From Minutocellus sp. GHC0000111 (taxonomy: Eukaryota): 64,000 nucleotides of DNA. The notes under the pieces were generated by a model that had not been told where the DNA came from, ran no database searches, and saw only the letters and a list, made by a program, of their open reading frames with translations. A program made the position numbers and the translations under genes. The stretch is taken from positions 558,001 to 622,000 of the forward strand of contig OZ361259.1 of NCBI GenBank assembly GCA_977018835.1. Reading direction: 5' to 3'. Positions 10,155 through 22,699 of the stretch are shown here, one piece after another (position 1 is the stretch's first letter; every line of letters begins with the position of its first letter).

Positions 10155-13100
10155 CTGTAGCTCATGGCTTGTTGACTAACTTGAAACATGAAAACTACAA
10201 CTTGCTACTCCACGGACTACCTACTACGTACTACAGACTGCTACGTACACACGTACGTCAACAGGATTTACTCGGTCCCCGCGAATTGATTCCATCAATA
10301 ACATGGATCGATTCGACTTATCCAACAGTGTATCCTACACCGACCTAGACAAACTAGGAGTGACTTTGTACAGAGCCTGGTTAAAACCAGTGTCACGCAA
10401 CCAGAAAACTGACCGCTGCTCGTCGGGACATCTACATATGAAATATTTAACGAAAAATGAAACCACACAAATAATTCCTCCTTTCAGCTGTCAAAATCTT
10501 GGTAAGCAAATCAGCAAGATTTGTCTGACTATCTTCCTTTCCAACCACCATAATCTTAGCTGCAACTGATTCTCGAATAATGTGATAATTAATTGCATTG
10601 TGACGCTTGTGAAGAACTGACTGAGGAACACTAACATTCTTGACGACTCCAGCATTATCACAGTAGGTGTAAGCTGGACCTTGAAGATTCAATCCAAACA
10701 TCCTGAGTTTGTACCTGAGAGAAACAATAAGATCACGACAAATGCGCATAGAGACAAGCTTGCTGCCAAAAGTTGAGGATTCGACAGTATTCTGTCTTTT
10801 ACTGAACCAAATAATAGGAGCATTGTTCACATAAATGATAATACCACTGTGCGACCGTCTTGTAACAACATTACCTGCATGATTTGCTTGCATGTATACT
10901 AACCGATCGACCCAGAGGTTCGGGCATCTTGGGAGGCATTTCCTCCTCGACTTCACCATAAAATGATGTCCAATCTGCTGTCTCATTGAATGCACGATAA
11001 TCAACCTTTGGCTCCTTGTGATCATATGCAATGCGCCCCATGTTTGGGTGTCCCCGCAAATAGGCAAAGATGTGATACAGGGCATCCAAATGACCAACTC
11101 TCGGGCTTGCCTGATACTGCGATAACAATGAGACTTCCAGCATTGTGTCCAATCTTCCAAGCTCCACAGCCCATCTCAACATGCCAATAAGCTGGAGGTA
11201 CCTGGGAATAAAACAGAGTCAAGCTCAGTTGTAATGTCAACTTCTGGACGATAATTGCTTGGAAGGGGATTCTTGGCCTTTGAAGGGCTTCGAAGCTGCA
11301 TGTCTTTGCCATCTTCAGTCAATAAATTCTCGACCACCTTGACTGCATTCTGAACATATGTTTTGGAACTAGTACTCCATACTTCATGACCACCAGCTGT
11401 CTGCACCTTTGCAACATCAGCTCCCAGATAAATTTCTGGTGCCTTTCGACTCTCTGGCTTAATCTTGTAATGATCATCAATACCATCGGCAATTGTGTCA
11501 CATCGGTGAGAAACAATCAAAATATCATCAGTGTACACAAGCAGCATTTCATAATACTCATATCCATCTGGCTTTCGGGCTCTTTTGATCCAAACCTTCG
11601 GGTCAGCCAATGTAGATTCAAACTCCATGAATCGCAGTGCCTCTGCTAGCGCTTCTCTCCAAGAAAATCCAGAACTTTCTAGTCCATATAGGCTGCGGGT
11701 CAGGACACAAACCTTGCCCTTGTCTTCACCACATTCTGTGCCGCCTTCAAACCAAATCTTCTCGGCACACGGAGCATTAAGATATGCATTCTCCAAGTCA
11801 ATTGCCAAAACATCGACATCGTGAAGGGCAGCTGCTAAAAGACCAATTCGCACACTGTCCCTCGACACAACACTTGAATAAGTAATACCATCCGGGGCAT
11901 CTGTGGTATGGCCACCTGCACAGTATCTAGCTTTCCTTGTAAAATCCATCTTGACATCAAAAACAATATGATTTCGAATTTCTTGGTAACCAATCAATTC
12001 ACCAACTTTGCCCTTTCGAGCTTCATTGGGAGTAACACCATCCAGAGTCTTCCATGATACCTTGGCCTTAGACATTTCCTTGTTAATAGCATCTCGCCAT
12101 AAAGTGTTGCCATTGATTTCATCCAATTGTAGAGCCTCTTGTACAGATTTAGGAACCCTGACACCATACTTACTTGTGAGTTGTTCTCCAATACTTCTTT
12201 TTCACCTTGGAAATAATCCTGTTGCGTCGTCTCAAAACTGTTTTCACCCACCAAGCAAAAGCAGGTTCGTCCTGAATACGATTAGCAACTGCATATTCGG
12301 CAACTTCAACTGGATTGGAATTCTTGAGATCTTTAAGTTTCACCCAAGAGCTAGAACCGTCCTTCCATGATACTAATAATTCCTAGCCTTTTGTAGTTGG
12401 CTTCCTATGCTTGTTGTGGCCTCGATAAACATAAGCATCTTGCTCTGTAAGACCAGTACCATCCTTTCTGTGATCTTCGATTTCATCAAGCAATAAATAG
12501 GAGTTGCCTTCATCATCAATCTGTGCATACATATTCTCAGCAATAATATTGGCAGTAACCTTGTCCCGCGTACCATCTGCAAATTCAATCTCATAAGCGC
12601 GGGTATCAAGGATAGGGTTAGAATGTGCGGTACCAATCGTCTTGCCATCATCAGTACGAGCCCATTTTACAACACGGGCCCCTCGCTCATTGTTAGTGCC
12701 AACATCCATAACTAATTCCATGCCCAAATACTTATCAATCATCTCGTCTTCGTCATCAGGACGCTCATCGACAAGCATGTCACCATATTCGTCATCTCTA
12801 GGTATATTGCGCTCATCACGCCCATCATGTTCAAGTTCATCTGGCAATGGAACATCGGGCAATCGATATTTTTCTGCACCCTCTGGCAGCTCAACACGGT
12901 GATTACTGTCATTTCTCTTTTGTCAACATCATTTCGGGTTGCACAAGCAATATTTTCACTGGCAATCATTCGATCACAAAAGTACTGTAGTTCTGCATTC
13001 CTATAATATCCGTCGGCACTACTCATAGCTTCCATCTCCTTTTTACTCAATCCAGATGCTAATGAACAAATTGTCCTCATTTCATTTTCTTCAATGGTAC

Positions 13101-13910
13101 GAGAGACCTTAGATAAAGTGACATTACCAGGGTCCCACTGATCAGCTGTGATCACAATAACAGGAAGGTTAGACATTTCAAATTCAGTTGGTACACGAGA
13201 TTCGAAGCTGACAATCGTCCCCGTGGTATCAAAGGGAATAAAAACATCATCATCGTCATTTGTATTGCCTGAGATGCCAGCATCAGGTTCAAAAGGATTG
13301 TCTTGCACTTTCAAATAATTTGCTCGAAGCTGATTTGGGTTAATAAGAGAATGTTCTAATGAAGATCCAAACCAAAGAAATTGTTCTCACACAGTAAATA
13401 CTCTTTTCCAGAATTTTGATCAGTCCAAACAGTACATGCAGTGACAATTGGGACTTCCTTGATACTGTCATACTTGTCAGTAAATGGCTGTACCTCACAA
13501 ACCACATCAGAATATGTTAGTACAGCCCAATTTTTACCGGCAACACAAGTATCAGCATGTGTGTCCATTTCATTAGTACTGATAGTGCCGGGTTTTGTCT
13601 TATCCTGAGCTCGCAATGAGCTAATTCGGGCAATTCTTTTAGTGGAAATGACAGAAATTGAACGGGGTTTCTTTGGTAAAACATGAATCGATCTGTTTGT
13701 TCGACACTTGGGGTTAGCTGTAAAGTTTGTGAATTGATGGAGACCAACTAAAGACATCCAAAATGAAATAAAATAAACTGTGAAGGAAATAAAAGATGTC
13801 AATAGTCCTCCAATCATTCAGTTGTTGCGGTAAGCACCAGAACCAAATCCAGATCCATTTTGACTGCCGCGGTCAGGAATGGGCTGCTGCTGTTGTTGCT
13901 GCTGTTGGTT
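10155..13910 (-). mobile_element. Ty1/Copia (CoDi-like) LTR retrotransposon, internally deleted and frameshifted
   Basis: Protease-like EMDTHADTCVAG. RT motifs WRDAINKEM, FDVKMDFTRKAR, DLENAYL, SLYGL and LVYTDDILI. RNase H motifs PIIWFSKRQNTVESSTFGS, YCDNAGV and NLADLLTK. The integrase core is missing (join near 12900). A putative PPT (gcggggaccgag) precedes a partial 3' LTR starting TGTTG at 10263. A probable gag tail lies at 13818-13910. Confidence 0.93.
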
Positions 13911-14290
13911 AGGCCGGCCCTTGCGGGTTTGCAAAAGACAAAAACATTTTTTTCTTGTTTCTTTTTGTTTTTCCGGTCCTTCCGTCAACCAGCACGCAAA
14001 AGCGGATCCGCTCGTTTTGTTTTTGCTTTTTGTGCCGCAAGGCCGGATGACAACAAATTGCAAAAAGCAAAATGTAGCCTCTTTGAGCTGTGGCGCGGCC
14101 GCCGATTTCGAATTTCTTCGTCGACGAATGCCGACACGATGAACACAATGTTTTCGTTTTGCTTGGTGTGCATCGTCTCCAGGTGCACGGCTTTTGCCGA
14201 TTGCATGGTGGTGGCCGCTCATCGCAGCCGTTTGCGCATGCGTCACGAATCGCAATCGCTACGAGCATCAATCGGTCGATTGTTGATGCA

Positions 14291-14640
14291 ATGAAGCTCG
14301 GCGACGCAGCAAAGTTTGCAGCCGCCAATGCTGCAATCGACTCTCTCAGAGCTCGATGCGAAGTTGCTTCACTGGAAAGGCCAGCCTCCCTCCTCCGATG
14401 CTTTGATGCTGACGACGGCGAGCTCGATCTTGTGGAGCTTTCGCACCACATGATGAAGCAAGCCGATGCTGTCGAAAACAAGCTGAACGACATTCTTCTC
14501 GGCAACCCCCAGGACAACGAGGAGGTGGGCGATGACAACGAAGAGACGCCGTCAAAGAAGAGGCGCAAGCGCAAGCCGACGCTTGCCAGGAGGAACGAAA
14601 ACGGTGAGTTGGAGGCTGTCACTCTCCAAGACTGCACCCT
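14291..14640 (+). mobile_element. Possible N-terminal fragment of a PIF/Harbinger-type transposase
   Basis: KKRRKRKPTLARRNENGELEAVTLQDCT resembles N-termini of diatom Harbinger-like transposases (from recall only). Tyr-free, TpA-depleted, and cut abruptly at ~14640. Confidence 0.35.
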
Positions 14641-15875
14641 TGCTAAAACAAAACAACGAAATCGTTCTTCTGATCCACTGGGATAGTGGTGGAAGGTGAA
14701 TGTGGTGCTCTTCAACCTATCTGGGTCTATGGCAGCTCTGTGTTCAATTTCGTTGTAACCGCTGAGAAATCTTTCAACAGCTGTTACAATGCAGGCGTCA
14801 TCAGAATCAAGGTTGCGGAGAGACTTGTCAAAGAAAAAATGTCCCCCCTTTTTTGAGAACGTAGAGTTTGCGTGACCAACAATTTGATTGTTTGCTGCCT
14901 TGAATATCCTAAGATAAACAGTGGCAATGTCGGTACCGTTGGCCTTGTAGGACCAACCTCTATCTTGAAATGACCTGAGATTATGGAATATTTTCTCGCC
15001 ATTATGCTCCATCTTCAGCTCTTTCTGCGCCTGCAAGAACATAATGGAACCCAAATGGGTCCGTGGCTTCATATTTGGGCATAATTTTCTTTTCATTAAC
15101 GGCCAAATTTCTTCAAAAACATAGCTGGTATTGCAGCAGATTTGATTTGTGCCACTTGCATTACACGCAACATCTAGTTGACGCTCGACACTAGGAAAGA
15201 TGTCATGAAGTTTCTCTGAAATTTCCCAAGCAATCATATCGGGGTGACCGCCCCCATCACCTTTACAGCGATGCTCTGCCTGTGTGGTGTCTGCAAATCT
15301 GGAGAAATCTCCACGTTCGGCACAAACAGAGATGTTTCGCTTATCATTGATTGTATGCATGCACTCAAAGCCCAACTTTTTAATATATATTTTTTTCATC
15401 AATAGGGTGAATGTTAGTTCGGCCAAACTTTTCTCTCATGGTCTTTGCTACCTCGATGAATTGTTCGTACTGTCTTACTCCCTTCCTTCCAAATCCACTT
15501 AATCCAATCACAGGACCTGAGTACACGGTCAGGAATTCTTCTAGGAGAGGGGGCGGCTTCAGCTGTACTTCGTTCGAGTTGGCGCCAGTAAAATTGCTCA
15601 AGCCCTTACGAATCATTGCAACAATGGAAGATTGCTTATCACGGTAGTCTTGTTTGCAATAAAAATTTCCAAATACCAAAGCATCAAGCGTGTCTAATTT
15701 GGCTTTGATCAGCATTTCCACTAAAGCTCGCCAATTTTTAGCATGAAAGACAGGATTATTTGTCAGTGATACGAGAGTAGAGTTGTTAGCAAAGGACGCA
15801 GCAAATCAATTTGTGTGAGCTTCTCCTAATCCAAAGAGGAGAGTGGAATCTTTATTGAGATCTTCGTAGTTGATC
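14641..15875 (-). pseudogene. Sulfotransfer_2-like sulfotransferase fragment, truncated at both ends
   Basis: VYLRIFKAANNQI (5'-PSB-like) and CIVTA-VERFLSGYNEIE (3'-PB motif lacking RDP). Frameshift near 15390 and in-frame TGA at 15806. Confidence 0.6.
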
Positions 15876-18800
15876 AGGCGATCACTGGATTGGCAGACAA
15901 TAGTTTCTGTGATCTCCTCAACTCCGGCGTCGAGATCCCCGCGTCTCTTCTTTCGAAAGTTGAGAGCCCGCTCCAAGTGATCGGTGGCGATGTCGAGGAG
16001 AGACTTGGCCCCCAGGGTAAGCACTGGGGTGGCACTGGCATCATCAGACGACTCGGCACTGGTGCCGGGTAGTTCCTTATCAAAGACCAAAAGGTAGACC
16101 TCTGCCAAAGCCACGGAGGCATCGGCGATGGCATTATCTGTCATTGCAGAGCTATTACCTCCACGGGACAACTTGATTGCCTCGTCCAAATATTTGATGG
16201 CATTATCCTTTGCATCAGTATCGACCTTCCCGAACTTATCAGACGACAGGACAAGCATGGTTTTGTAGGTGGATCCCATCCGTCTCTTGATATTAGCGAT
16301 TTGCAGGGGATGCTTGGGAGTCTCGTCTTCGTTAGTATCGGCAGCAGCCGCTTCTTCTGCCCTTTTGTATTGCTCGATGGCCTTTTCGTAGTCAAGCGCC
16401 TTGAGATGCATGTTGGCCATTTCCAGCATAGCATCAGAGCGATCTGGCGCAAGAGAAAGTAATCGCTCGCAACAGTACTTGAGTTTCTCATCCATTGCAA
16501 CACCGCTGAAAGAAGTAGCGTCAAATTCTTCATCACGAAGAGAGTATACCGAATAGCCGTGGTTGGAGAGACCACTGTACACCCTGAGGCCCATGTCGAA
16601 GCTATCAATGGCAGCCGCATTATCTTTTTCTCGAATTTTGATCCGCGCAAGACGCTCCGACACATCGCCAAGCTCCAGATTAAGTAAGACGGACGAAGTA
16701 CCGCCCCATGGCGTCAAGGATGAAGGTTCAGCAAAGAGATGGAGCCATCTGGCCTCCATGGCCTCGAAGGATGGCATCTTGCCCTCCGCCGCTTTTACAG
16801 CATTGTAGTACTGCATTCCATTCTCGTAGCATTTTTGTGCATCCTTGGTCTTCTTGATCTCGTCACAAGACTTCCCCATGGCCCAGTACGAGGTTGCAAG
16901 GGCAATGTTGACCGCAATGGCAACCTTGGGATCGATAGATGGAGAAGGATAATCGTGAGTGGTATCCTCGGATTTCTTTTCTTCCTACGTCTTGTTTTTA
17001 TCGGCCGATGACTTCTCCTCGTCGCCACCTTCCTCGCCGTCGCCGTCGCCCTTGTTGGTATGGCTATCAGATCCAGAACTTGACTCCTTGGTATCCTTTG
17101 GACGTATTTGATCGGCAGCTTTCTCCATTAGCTTCACACACTCTTGAAAGCTCCCTATCGCCTCGGCATGATCACTCTCCCCTGCAGCAACGAGACCTAT
17201 GCGATAGTGGATGCTTGCCCATTCCATTTTCTCCCCGATTTTATGGTCGACAATATTATTTCCAGCGACGATGCCGTCTCCTTGGTTTCCCTCAGCCGTA
17301 AATGGATTTTGTTGGCCTCGGTTCTGCCGCTCGAGCACATCGAAAGCCGCCTTCAAACACTCTTGTGCATCGTCGAAGCGGCGCTTTCTGACATACGTGT
17401 TCCCAAGCAGAGTGAGAAGAGGAATGGGCGTGAAGTCATGGGGAAGATCACTTGAGTTGTCGGCAAGAAAAGCATCGTAGACTCGTCTGGCTTCTTCATA
17501 GTCGGCGATGGCTTCATCGTACGCTTTTTGACGGAAAGATAGACGACCCAATGCGATAAGGTCATGGAAAAGGGGAGCGAGCACGCTTGGCGCTTCTACT
17601 GCAAGGCCCCCCTTTGCGAGCCCGACAAGAAAATCTTTGCTTAGAGGCGTGTCCGGTGGCGATGGGAAGGACGACGCAGCACCCTGGATGGCGGGATTAC
17701 TGGCAGAATTAGCGGAACCATCGCCTCTGGCCATATTCAAGAGGGCTCGACGGCGATTCGTAACTGCCTCCTGGAAGCATTCTCTGGCATTCTTCTCGGC
17801 AAGGGCTCGGTCCGAAACAAGCAAGTCCGTTCCAGAACTGGTGAATGGAGACTCATATTCGATCTTGGCACCAGTCTGAGCAAGAAGGGTAACCTCGCTA
17901 TGCCCATGCCACCTCGCCGCAAGCTCGGCTGACTTTTCAATCAACATATTCCCCATGGTCGAATGTAGATCGGTTCGCAAGGCAGTGGCCTCACAGGCGC
18001 ACGATTCCTTATCGCAATGGCACTCGGCTAGTGCATCTTGGATGCACCTCTCGGCATCATTCCAACGCTTCAACTCAGTCAAGACTTTGCCCAAACATCG
18101 GAGGGAGTTGGCTAAATCGTCGTCGACGCATTGCTCGGGAGACGCAACGCCGCTTTCAGCAGCCGCCGCAGCCAGCTTTGCCTTGTTCTTCTTCGTGATG
18201 CGAACGCATTCGTTGTAACATCTCAGGGCCTCCCTCCAATTCTGCATCTCCACATGGATGGTGCCGAGATTGTGCAGCGTGTTGCAAACTACAATGTGAT
18301 GCTTGCCAACATGCTTGGTGTACAGCGACAGACTCTCCTTGTAAGCCATCAGAGCGCGATCAAAGTCTTTCTGCTTCACATCGTGACAATAACCCAGGCA
18401 GGTGAGCGAATCAGCGAGAAAGAGCTCGACTGAAACCATGGTATCGCGGAAGAAGAAGATCCGTCGATCTCGATCCTGCTCCCAGAGTTTTCGGGCCTTG
18501 GACTTCCCCGACGGAGAGCTATCGACGCGTGGCCCTCCGTCCTGGGTGAACCTACTCTTCCTAGCCGAAGATTCACCTGCCTTGAGCATTTCCGATGCCG
18601 AGCGGTATGCCTTTAGCGAATTGATGTAGTTGCTTACTTCGATGGATGCCACATCGGGGTGAGAAATTTCGTCTTGATCCATGACGGCAGCTTCGATGTA
18701 CTCCTGCTGACTCCGACCAAGCCTCACTCCAAGATGGTGGAGTGAACGGCCAACCTCGAGACAGAAAGACATGACCATAGCATTGTATGGGCGGCGTTGA

Positions 18801-21472
18801 TTCCTCTTTGCCTCGCTCGCCCTGTCCCTACGCCGCCGACTCGCTTCATCGGCACCCGTGCCAACTATTGATGCAACTCGTTCACCATCGACCCGATCCA
18901 AGAGAGCATCCATACCTGCAACAAGAGCACCCGATATAATCTTGTGAAAATTCTCGTCGATGGTCTTTGCGTTGCTCTGTGAATCCGCCGATATCACTGC
19001 CGATTGCGACAGGACATTGTAGGACTCCCAGTCAGCAAGATGGAACATCGTAGCATAGTACGGACCGAGAACATTGACTCTGGCCTGGAAGAAGCGGGGA
19101 TCCGAAAGGACCTGGTGCTGCTTCCTGCCTCTCCCTCGTCCCTGGTCAGATTTTGCTGCTGCTCCTGATGCCGTAGAAGCAACCGTTGCTCGTCGTAAGA
19201 ATAGAGGCAAATAGCGGACGGCATAGGCTTCTGGTAGATTCACCTCAAGGTCCTTGGGGGCCAGCGTTGAAAGGTTCGAATCATACCGATTCACGGCACT
19301 CGTTCCCCCATCAACACCGCCAAGCTGCAAAATATTACGCTGAAGCACCGACTCAGCAAAAACTTCCTCCCAAACAGTGCCCCGATTGGAATTTCGGATG
19401 CTACCACCCTCACTGGAGAGAAAATGCCGACCGATGCCACATCGAAGTCGGACCTCCTCTTCTTCGGCCATATTCTTCTTCTTGCTGCGATCGCCCGACG
19501 CCCCTTCCTTGTCATTCTTCTCACTGCTGCCACCGCCATCACCATCGTCATCGGCCATGCGACCGTACAAAATCTTCTCAATGTCGGTCCGATTCTCACT
19601 GTCAAAGTCGATCGCCCCCTTCCGTCGACGTTGACGCGTAGTGGCACGGCTGTACGCATCGTCATCGTCCATGACGGTACCATCACCCCCGGCACCGCCC
19701 CCCTGCATCCGTTGGCGTTCCAGTATCTGCGATGCCGCCTCCTCACCAGTACCACCGCCTGCACCTTCCTCCCGTCCTTGCTGATCATTCCCCGTAACGA
19801 CGGATCCCACCGAGTAACGTCGAAAGGCATTGAATTCGGGCGACAGCAGCGCTCGCAAAACCTTTTGCGTCATTCGTTTCCGTCGTCGTTCGGTATCTTC
19901 CGGCCTGGGCGGCGGCGGCGGCGGACCGGACGATTGCAAGTTGCGCTTCCGGCGCTGCACCATCACCGCCTCCATTCGTTTTTTTATTACCGCTGATACG
20001 AGTCCCTCGACGACCGACAGTGGCACGTACGGATTGACGGATATGTCCACGGGAAGGTCATTGATATCGAATGGGGGTATTGCTGTTGCTGCTGTTTCAT
20101 CATTACCTCCATCACCAGCTCCAACTTGATCATCATCATCATCGTTCCGCCGCCGACGCTTGGACGTGCCACCAGCAGCCTCCCCCGGCCGACCATGGAA
20201 CACCGTCACGTAGGCCCCCAAACAATCCACCAGAATCGATCGGAACGCTTGTACCTTGTGCTTGGTGCGCACGTCGTCGTCCCGGGTGGTGTGCACCGTG
20301 GCCGAACCGGCAATGGTGGAGGCGGCGTCGGTGCTGCCCAGGGCCGCCGCGGGATCCACCGGAAGCGAAAGGGTCGGTGCACTGGATGTGGCATCGTCGT
20401 TGTCGCTGTTGTCCATTTCGTCGTCAAGATCGAACCACTCGTCGTCGGATTCGGAATGCACCGACCCGTCGCCACCTCCATCATCAGCTCCATCTTTGCC
20501 TTGATCACCATCGCCACCAACATCATTGTCACCGTCGTCGTCATCCTCCGTCCCACTATTGCCATTGCCACCCCGACCGCCGTACGACCAGTACGCCCGG
20601 GCGGCCGACCAGATCCGCTCCTCCCACTTGTCCTCCTCTTCGATGGCCTCGGCCGATTCGAACTGCGTCGGCTGCTGCTGTGGCTGCTTCTTCGGCGGTT
20701 GTTTTTGTTGCTGCCGCCTTGCATCCCCGGCCTGTGCTCCATCTGGCTCCTCCTCCTCATCTTCTTGATCGTCGCCGAGGGATTGGTAGTATGGATCCTC
20801 ACATCCGTCGTCATCGAACACGTTCGAAGCCATGGAGGCATCGTCGTCATCATCGGCAGCACCGCCACCGACCGCCTGCTTCGTTGCGCCGCTGTGGACG
20901 CTGCCGGCCATGCCGCTGTGCACACTGGCAGCACCGCTGTGGGCGCTGTGAACACTGCGGGCGCTGGCCGCGCCGCTGGCAATGCTGGCGGCACCGCTGG
21001 CGCTGGCATGGCTGTGCGCGCGCGAGGGGGCGGAGGTGCCCGTGAGAGCGGAGACGTGGCTGCGGTTGTCGGACGGCTGCGGCGGACTGACGGCACCGAT
21101 GGAAGAAGATTGGCGGAGATGCCCGTCGAGATCGTTGGGGTTGCGCTGATTGGCATTGTTGTTGGTGGAGTTATTGGTGGTGGAGGGAGGTTGGTCGGCT
21201 ACCGCGGCCGCCAGTGCCTGGTCTGTGTCGTCGTGATCGTCATTATTATCGTCGCCGTCATGGTGGGATTGCGCACTGTCGTCATCGTTGTTGCTGCTGT
21301 TGTTGGGGAGCCACCCCCCGTTGCGCAGTTCTTGGATCCACCACGCACCCTCGGGTATTGGCCGTGCCGATGGGTTGGTGCCGTCGTCGTCGTCGTCGGC
21401 TGCCGTCATGATGGGAGAGCGGCGGCGTGGTGGGGACGGGATCTTTCGAGAAAAATGAGGGTGGGCGGTCAT
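15806..21472 (-). pseudogene. Large TPR-repeat protein with acidic low-complexity N-terminus; one in-frame TAG; 3' end apparently fused to the sulfotransferase fragment
   Basis: TPR-like helices (LADSLTCLGYCH..FDRALMAYKESL, TLHNLGTIH..WREALRCY, LGNTYVRKRRFDDAQECLKAA). ORFs 16985-21472 and 15806-16879 are in the same frame, separated only by TAG at 16985-16987. Confidence 0.75.
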
Positions 21473-21914
21473 GGCATGGCGGGCGAAGCAAGAGGGTCAT
21501 TTGAGGTAATAGCCGTACCTAGGTACAGCCGTACGTACGTAATTGGGGACCGATGACCCTGAAAATGGAAAGCAGTTTTGAAGCAGACTCATCATCCATC
21601 CACCTTTGAGCTCCCAGGTTTCCACCTGTCGGAGCAGTTTGGCTTTCATCGATTTCTTCGTCAGTCAATCTTCTTACGAATGACTGTGTGAGCCGTTTAG
21701 ATGATTCTTTGCTTGCTTTTTCGATCTAAAATGGTTGCCTGTTGGTGAACAGTTGGGAGAGACTTGAGCGACTCGAGGTCGGTCGCGTGGTTGCACACAC
21801 GCGCACGTGACTTGACGATCTGTTGACGGCTTAGTGGTTTGATTTTCCCCGGGAACTCCCCCGAATTTCCCTGGGGAACGTGTTTTTCCTGCCTTCAAAA
21901 CTGCCATTTTCCCC

Positions 21915-21988
21915 TGTTTTCCCCTAATTTCCCCTCTGTTTTCCCGTGTTTTCCCCTAATTTCCCCTCTGTTTTCCCGTGTTTTCCCC
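21915..21988 (+). repeat. Pyrimidine-rich 32-bp minisatellite (2.3 copies) containing CCCTAA
   Basis: Unit tgttttcccctaatttcccctctgttttcccg. Confidence 0.9.
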
Positions 21989-22699
21989 ACTTTCCTTTCC
22001 ATTTTGGGCCACCAAAGGGGAAGAGGGAAAGGGAATTTCAAACTAAGGTTGACGGCATTGTTGCGGCCGGGGGACGACGACGATGGTGGTCTTGGTTTTG
22101 TTTCTTGGACGTTGTGCTTCTTCTTGCTTTTTTCGCCGATGACCAACTCCGCCGACACGACGAGTTCCGAGGCAAGCGATCGCCTCAGAACAGCGCAGGT
22201 GCGCTTTTGCAGAAGTCTCGAAGAATCAATGAAGAACACTTGTGTCATGTTCGGGCACAGACAGCTCCTCCTACAAGTGTGGATTCGAACACGACGGGGG
22301 GATTTGTGGTCGCAGCAGGAGGCTCTCTTGGACCAGGTGAAGCAGCTGTACATGGAGAAGCTGCGGGCCCTCATCGCAAAGTCACCGGCCGCCCTCCAAG
22401 AAAGCGCCAGCAACGGTGACAACGTCTTCTCCGTGGAAAAGCAGAAGGAATGGGAGACGAACCCTGCTGCTTCAAAACTTCACTCATTAGCACTCGAAAC
22501 AAAACATCCAAACATTCCAACAGTGCAAATGCCTAAAACTGAGCTGGAACCAAGCAAGAACGCAAGCACGAAGATGGCCGCCCGCCCATGGGTATCGAGG
22601 CCAGAGCGGCATTTGACGATACAAGCACGTACAACAACTCGGAGCCACGAATAGACGCAGCAAATAATCCCCTCATACTCGCACACATAAATAATAACC

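Noticed and set aside
13909..15426. 505-aa ORF as a single gene
   Set aside because: It is a chimera. The sulfotransferase-like part reads through a junction at ~14640 into the antisense strand of a TpA-depleted, stop-poor relic.
20071..21556. Long plus-strand ORFs (324 aa and 476 aa)
   Set aside because: Antisense shadows of the GC-rich, low-complexity N-terminus of the TPR gene.
21839..22654. 271-aa ORF upstream of YIPF6
   Set aside because: It starts in the minisatellite and crosses a TpA-poor relic. No recognisable domain.
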